This document shows, one piece after another, positions 40,874-44,273 of a DNA stretch of 44,273 nucleotides (within the stretch, counting starts at the first letter, position 1; each line of letters begins with the position of its first letter). Made by a program: the position numbers and the translations under genes. The stretch is from an uncultured Ruminococcus sp. (GTDB lineage Bacteria; Bacillota; Clostridia; UBA1212), in contig CACZNV010000115.1 of the NCBI GenBank assembly GCA_902782645.1, positions 1-44,273 of the forward strand. The letters are read 5' to 3'. Under the pieces are notes generated by a model that saw only the letters and a program-made list of their open reading frames with translations, searched no databases and was not told the DNA's origin.

Positions 40874-40991
40874 TATGCGGCGATATTTCTTTAAAAGTAA
40901 TCCAGCACAGACTGCACACGGCAAGTGCAGAGTACCGTTGACACAAATTTATTGTGTCGATTGATTAAAATAATCAAAGGAGGGAAGAAAA

Positions 40992-41462
40992 GTGCCGAGA
41001 AAAGGTTATATTGCGAAACGAGAAGTTTTGCCCGATCCGGTCTACAATGACGTGATCGTCACAAAACTGATCAACAATATCATGCTCGACGGCAAAAAGG
41101 GTACCGCCCAGAAAATTTGCTACGCAGCTTTTGATATTGTAAAGGAAAAAACAGGCAGAGACGCACTTGAAGTCTTCAATGAGGCATTAAACAACGTAAT
41201 GCCCCAGCTGGAAGTCAAGGCCAGAAGAGTCGGTGGTTCAACATACCAGGTTCCTATGGAGGTAAGACCCGCAAGAAGACAGGCGTTAGGCCTCAGATGG
41301 CTTGTAACATTTTCGAGAAAGCGCAGCGAAAGAACAATGGCTGAGAGACTTGCAGGCGAGATAATCGATGCAACGAACAATGCCGGCGCGGCTTTCAGAA
41401 GAAAAGAAGACATGCACAAGATGGCAGAAGCAAACAGAGCTTTTGCGCACTATCGTTGGTAA
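40992..41462 (+). CDS. rpsG: 30S ribosomal protein S7
   Basis: GTG start behind [26 protein letters not shown]...[10 protein letters not shown]. Confidence 0.97.
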   Translation: MPRKGYIAKREVLPDPVYNDVIVTKLINNIMLDGKKGTAQKICYAAFDIVKEKTGRDALEVFNEALNNVMPQLEVKARRVGGSTYQVPMEVRPARRQALGLRWLVTFSRKRSERTMAERLAGEIIDATNNAGAAFRRKEDMHKMAEANRAFAHYRW

Positions 41463-41489
41463 TAATAAAAAAATTGGAGTATTTGATAA

Positions 41490-43589
41490 ATGGCCAGAGA
41501 GTTTTCGCTTGAAAATACGAGAAATATCGGTATTATGGCGCACATTGACGCCGGAAAGACCACAACCACGGAAAGAATCCTTTTCTACACAGGAAAGATT
41601 CACAAAGCCGGAGAGGTTCATGACGGAACTGCTACAATGGATTCCATGGAGCAGGAGCAGGAGAGAGGTATCACTATAGCCTCCGCCGCCACCACTGTGC
41701 ACTGGCGTACCAAGGATGAAGACGGAACAAGCAAGGACACGAGGATTAACATAATCGATACTCCCGGACATGTCGATTTTACGGTAGAGGTTGAGCGTTC
41801 TTTGCGCGTACTCGACGGATCCGTGACGCTTTTCTGTGCGAAGGGCGGCGTTGAGCCCCAGTCGGAGACAGTTTGGCGTCAGGCAGACCGTTACGGAGTT
41901 CCCAGAATTGCCCATGTCAACAAAATGGACATCATGGGAGCAGACTTTTATCGCGTTGTCGATATGATCAGAACCAGACTTGGCGCAAATGCAGTGCCCA
42001 TCCAGCTGCCTATCGGCAAGGAAGACACTTTCACAGGCGTTATTGACCTGGTTAAGATGGAAGCGCATATTTACCGCGACGCCGAAGGCAATGTTGTGGA
42101 CATCACACCTGTGCCCGACGATATGGTTGAAATCGCCAATCGTTACCGCACAGAGATGCTGGAAGCAATTGCCGAAGAGGACGACGAGGTGATGATGAAG
42201 TACCTTGACGGCGAGGAGCTGTCGGTTACCGAGATTAAGAAAGCCATCAGAAAGGGCACTCTTGCACTTCATCTCGTTCCGGTAACATGCGGATCGTCTT
42301 ACAAAAACAAAGGTGTACAGCAGCTGCTGGACGCAATTGTCGATTTTATGCCCTCCCCTGTGGATATTCCCGCAATCAAGGGCACGCTGCCTAACGGCGA
42401 CGAAGCCGAGAGGCATCCGGGGGACAACGAGCCCTTCTCTGCCTTGGCGTTTAAGATCGTTTCTGACCAGTACGGAAAGCTCTGCTTCATAAGAGTTTAT
42501 TCCGGCGTTCTCAAAGTCGGTTCCTACGTGCTTAACGCATCCAAGGACAAGAGAGAGAGAGTCGGCCGCATCGTATTGATGCACGCCGATCAGAAGACAG
42601 AAGTCAGCGAGGTTTACGCAGGCGATATTGCCGCTGTTATAGGTCTGAAAGAGACCACGACAGGCAACACTCTCTGCGATCCCGCAAAACCGATCATCCT
42701 TGAGTCGATGGTGTTCCCGGAGCCGGTTATTTCCGTTGCCGTGGAGCCCAAGACAAAAGCAGGCCAGGAGAAGATGAGCATCGCTCTTCAGAAACTTGCC
42801 GAGGAAGACCCCACCTTCCGCGTTGCTTCAAACGTGGAAACAGGACAGACGGTCATCTCCGGTATGGGCGAACTTCACCTTGACATCATCGTGGACAGAC
42901 TGCTCCGCGAGTTCAAGGTTGAAGCCAATGTAGGAAATCCCCAGGTTGCTTACAAAGAGGGTATCAGAAGAGCTGTCACTCAGGAAGGCAAATTCGTGCG
43001 TCAGTCCGGCGGTAGAGGACAGTACGGACACTGCGTCATTGAGATGGAGCCCAAAGAGAGAGGCACGGGATACGAATTCGTCAACAAGATCGTTGGCGGC
43101 GTCATTCCGAAAGAATACATTGCCCCAATCGATGCAGGTATCCGCGACGCTATGATGAGCGGTGTTCTGGCAGGCTACCCGGTTGTAGACGTCAAGGTCA
43201 CACTCGTTGACGGTTCGTACCACGAGGTTGACTCCTCCGAAATGGCATTTAAGATCGCCGGTTCAATGGCGTTCAAAGAGGCTATGAAGAAGGCCGACCC
43301 TGTTCTCCTCGAACCTATCATGAAGGTTGTTGTCACAGTGCCCGATCAGTATTTTGGCGATGTCATAGGCAGCCTTGCTTCAAAGCGCGCCAGAATCGAC
43401 GGCTCGGATGACGCCGGCAACGGTGCAAAACTGATCAACGCCTCAGTGCCGCTGGCAGAAATGTTCGGCTACACCACAATTCTGAGATCCATCACCCAGG
43501 GCAGAGCTTCGTTCACAATGGAGCCCAGCCACTACGAGGAAGTTCCCCGCAGCGTTCAGGATGGAATTCTCAACGGAAAAAAAGCATAA
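41490..43589 (+). CDS. fusA: Elongation factor G
   Basis: G-domain motifs [17 protein letters not shown] and NKMD. Full-length EF-G similarity. Confidence 0.98.
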   Translation: MAREFSLENTRNIGIMAHIDAGKTTTTERILFYTGKIHKAGEVHDGTATMDSMEQEQERGITIASAATTVHWRTKDEDGTSKDTRINIIDTPGHVDFTVEVERSLRVLDGSVTLFCAKGGVEPQSETVWRQADRYGVPRIAHVNKMDIMGADFYRVVDMIRTRLGANAVPIQLPIGKEDTFTGVIDLVKMEAHIYRDAEGNVVDITPVPDDMVEIANRYRTEMLEAIAEEDDEVMMKYLDGEELSVTEIKKAIRKGTLALHLVPVTCGSSYKNKGVQQLLDAIVDFMPSPVDIPAIKGTLPNGDEAERHPGDNEPFSALAFKIVSDQYGKLCFIRVYSGVLKVGSYVLNASKDKRERVGRIVLMHADQKTEVSEVYAGDIAAVIGLKETTTGNTLCDPAKPIILESMVFPEPVISVAVEPKTKAGQEKMSIALQKLAEEDPTFRVASNVETGQTVISGMGELHLDIIVDRLLREFKVEANVGNPQVAYKEGIRRAVTQEGKFVRQSGGRGQYGHCVIEMEPKERGTGYEFVNKIVGGVIPKEYIAPIDAGIRDAMMSGVLAGYPVVDVKVTLVDGSYHEVDSSEMAFKIAGSMAFKEAMKKADPVLLEPIMKVVVTVPDQYFGDVIGSLASKRARIDGSDDAGNGAKLINASVPLAEMFGYTTILRSITQGRASFTMEPSHYEEVPRSVQDGILNGKKA

Positions 43590-43703
43590 GTGACAGGGTG
43601 AAATAAGGGGCAAAACAACCTTGGCGAGAGCAAAGAACACGCCAATGCAAAATCCCTAAATTTCCGACCCGATCGACCCCGGAATATACAATGAAAATCA
43701 TTG

Positions 43704-43732
43704 TTGAAAACGAAGGTTCGATTTGTTATAAT
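43704..43732 (+). promoter_or_regulatory. Candidate extended -10 promoter for tuf (TTGAAA-17-TGTTATAAT)
   Basis: TTGAAA at 43704-43709, TG at 43724-43725, TATAAT at 43727-43732. Confidence 0.6.
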
Positions 43733-43805
43733 GCACCCAGTATGTGCGGTAGAACGCACCCATAATCTTGCTGCAGATTCATTACTAAAGGAGGAATCAC
43801 ACACT

Positions 43806-44273
43806 ATGGCAAAAGCAAAGTTCGAAAGAACAAAACCCCACGTTAACATCGGAACCATCGGCCACGTTGACCATGGTAAGACCACGCTCACAGCAGCTAT
43901 CACAAAAGTTCTCAGCCTTACAGACAACAGCATCGTAGTTAAAGCATATGACCAGATCGACGCTGCTCCCGAAGAGAGACAGAGAGGTATCACAATCAAC
44001 ACAGCTCACGTTGAGTATCAGACAGAGAAGAGACACTACGCTCACGTTGACTGCCCCGGACACGCTGACTATGTTAAGAACATGATCACAGGTGCAGCTC
44101 AGATGGACGGCGCAATCCTGCTCGTTTCCGGTCCTGACGGCCCGCAGGCCCAGACCAGAGAGCACATCCTTCTTGCCCGTCAGGTTGGTGTTCCTTACAT
44201 CGTTGTTTTCATGAACAAGTGCGACCAGCTCGCTCCCGAAGATCAGGAACTCCTCGATCTTTCCGAGATGGAA
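43806..44273 (+). CDS. tuf: Elongation factor Tu (5' part, truncated by window end)
   Basis: Not in the ORF track because it has no stop in the window. Translation [32 protein letters not shown]...[30 protein letters not shown] present. Confidence 0.97.
   Translation, partial: MAKAKFERTKPHVNIGTIGHVDHGKTTLTAAITKVLSLTDNSIVVKAYDQIDAAPEERQRGITINTAHVEYQTEKRHYAHVDCPGHADYVKNMITGAAQMDGAILLVSGPDGPQAQTREHILLARQVGVPYIVVFMNKCDQLAPEDQELLDLSEME

Noticed and set aside
40938-40971. A possible internal promoter for rpsG: TTGACA at 40938 with TTGATT or TAAAAT downstream.
   Set aside because: The -10 at 17-nt spacing is poor (TTGATT), and the good TAAAAT is 22 nt away. The TTGACA is also part of a GACACAA/TTGTGTC hairpin.
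41286-42584. 432-aa ORF on the - strand.
   Set aside because: It is antisense to rpsG and fusA, has no motifs, and looks like a shadow ORF.
44125-44273. EF-Tu deviates from the usual sequence: [15 protein letters not shown] instead of the common ..DGPMPQTREH, and [18 protein letters not shown] instead of the shorter CDMVDDEELLELVEME.
   Set aside because: The gene is truncated by the window. Comparable variation exists in this loop in other Clostridia as far as I recall. I see no evidence of a second divergent tuf copy or a pseudogene.

Overview
This is an origin-proximal, mostly housekeeping chromosome segment of a Gram-positive bacterium. Gene content, protein sequences and sigma-A-type promoters look Clostridia-like, but that taxonomic guess is inference. 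Gene order, left to right: DUF1846 (-); a complete F1Fo ATP synthase operon with atpZ/atpI-like genes (+); a membrane metallophosphoesterase, CapA and PHP phosphatase trio (-); rpmH-rnpA-yidD-yidC-jag-mnmE-mnmG-rsmG (+); tldD-pmbA (+); a perfect parS; galM (+); thyA-malQ-folA-thioesterase (-); dnaA-dnaN-recF-remB-gyrB (+), with DnaA-box-like repeats on both sides of dnaA; parA-parB-DUF4446-serS (+); an orphan Noc-type ParB paralogue (-); and rpsL-rpsG-fusA-tuf (+, tuf cut by the window end). rpmH and tuf are missing from the supplied ORF track; I found them by reading the sequence. I saw no rRNA, tRNA, CRISPR array, transposase, integrase, phage or recognisable defence genes, so this is not an accessory island. 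Six things merit a second look. (1) The ParB-family paralogue at 38640-39797 has Noc-type DNA-recognition residues but eroded CTP-binding boxes and novel termini. (2) NBS-like palindromes sit in an abnormally long, structured rpsL-rpsG spacer. (3) 19/20-identical 20-nt repeats bracket the parA-parB-DUF4446 block, which sits where gyrA normally is. (4) AAACCCACA repeats flank dnaA in place of canonical DnaA boxes. (5) The rpmH..rsmG block has a non-canonical orientation relative to dnaA, with an orphan terminator at its left edge. (6) A single perfect parS lies well away from parAB. All functional calls come from motif recognition by eye. No database search was run.
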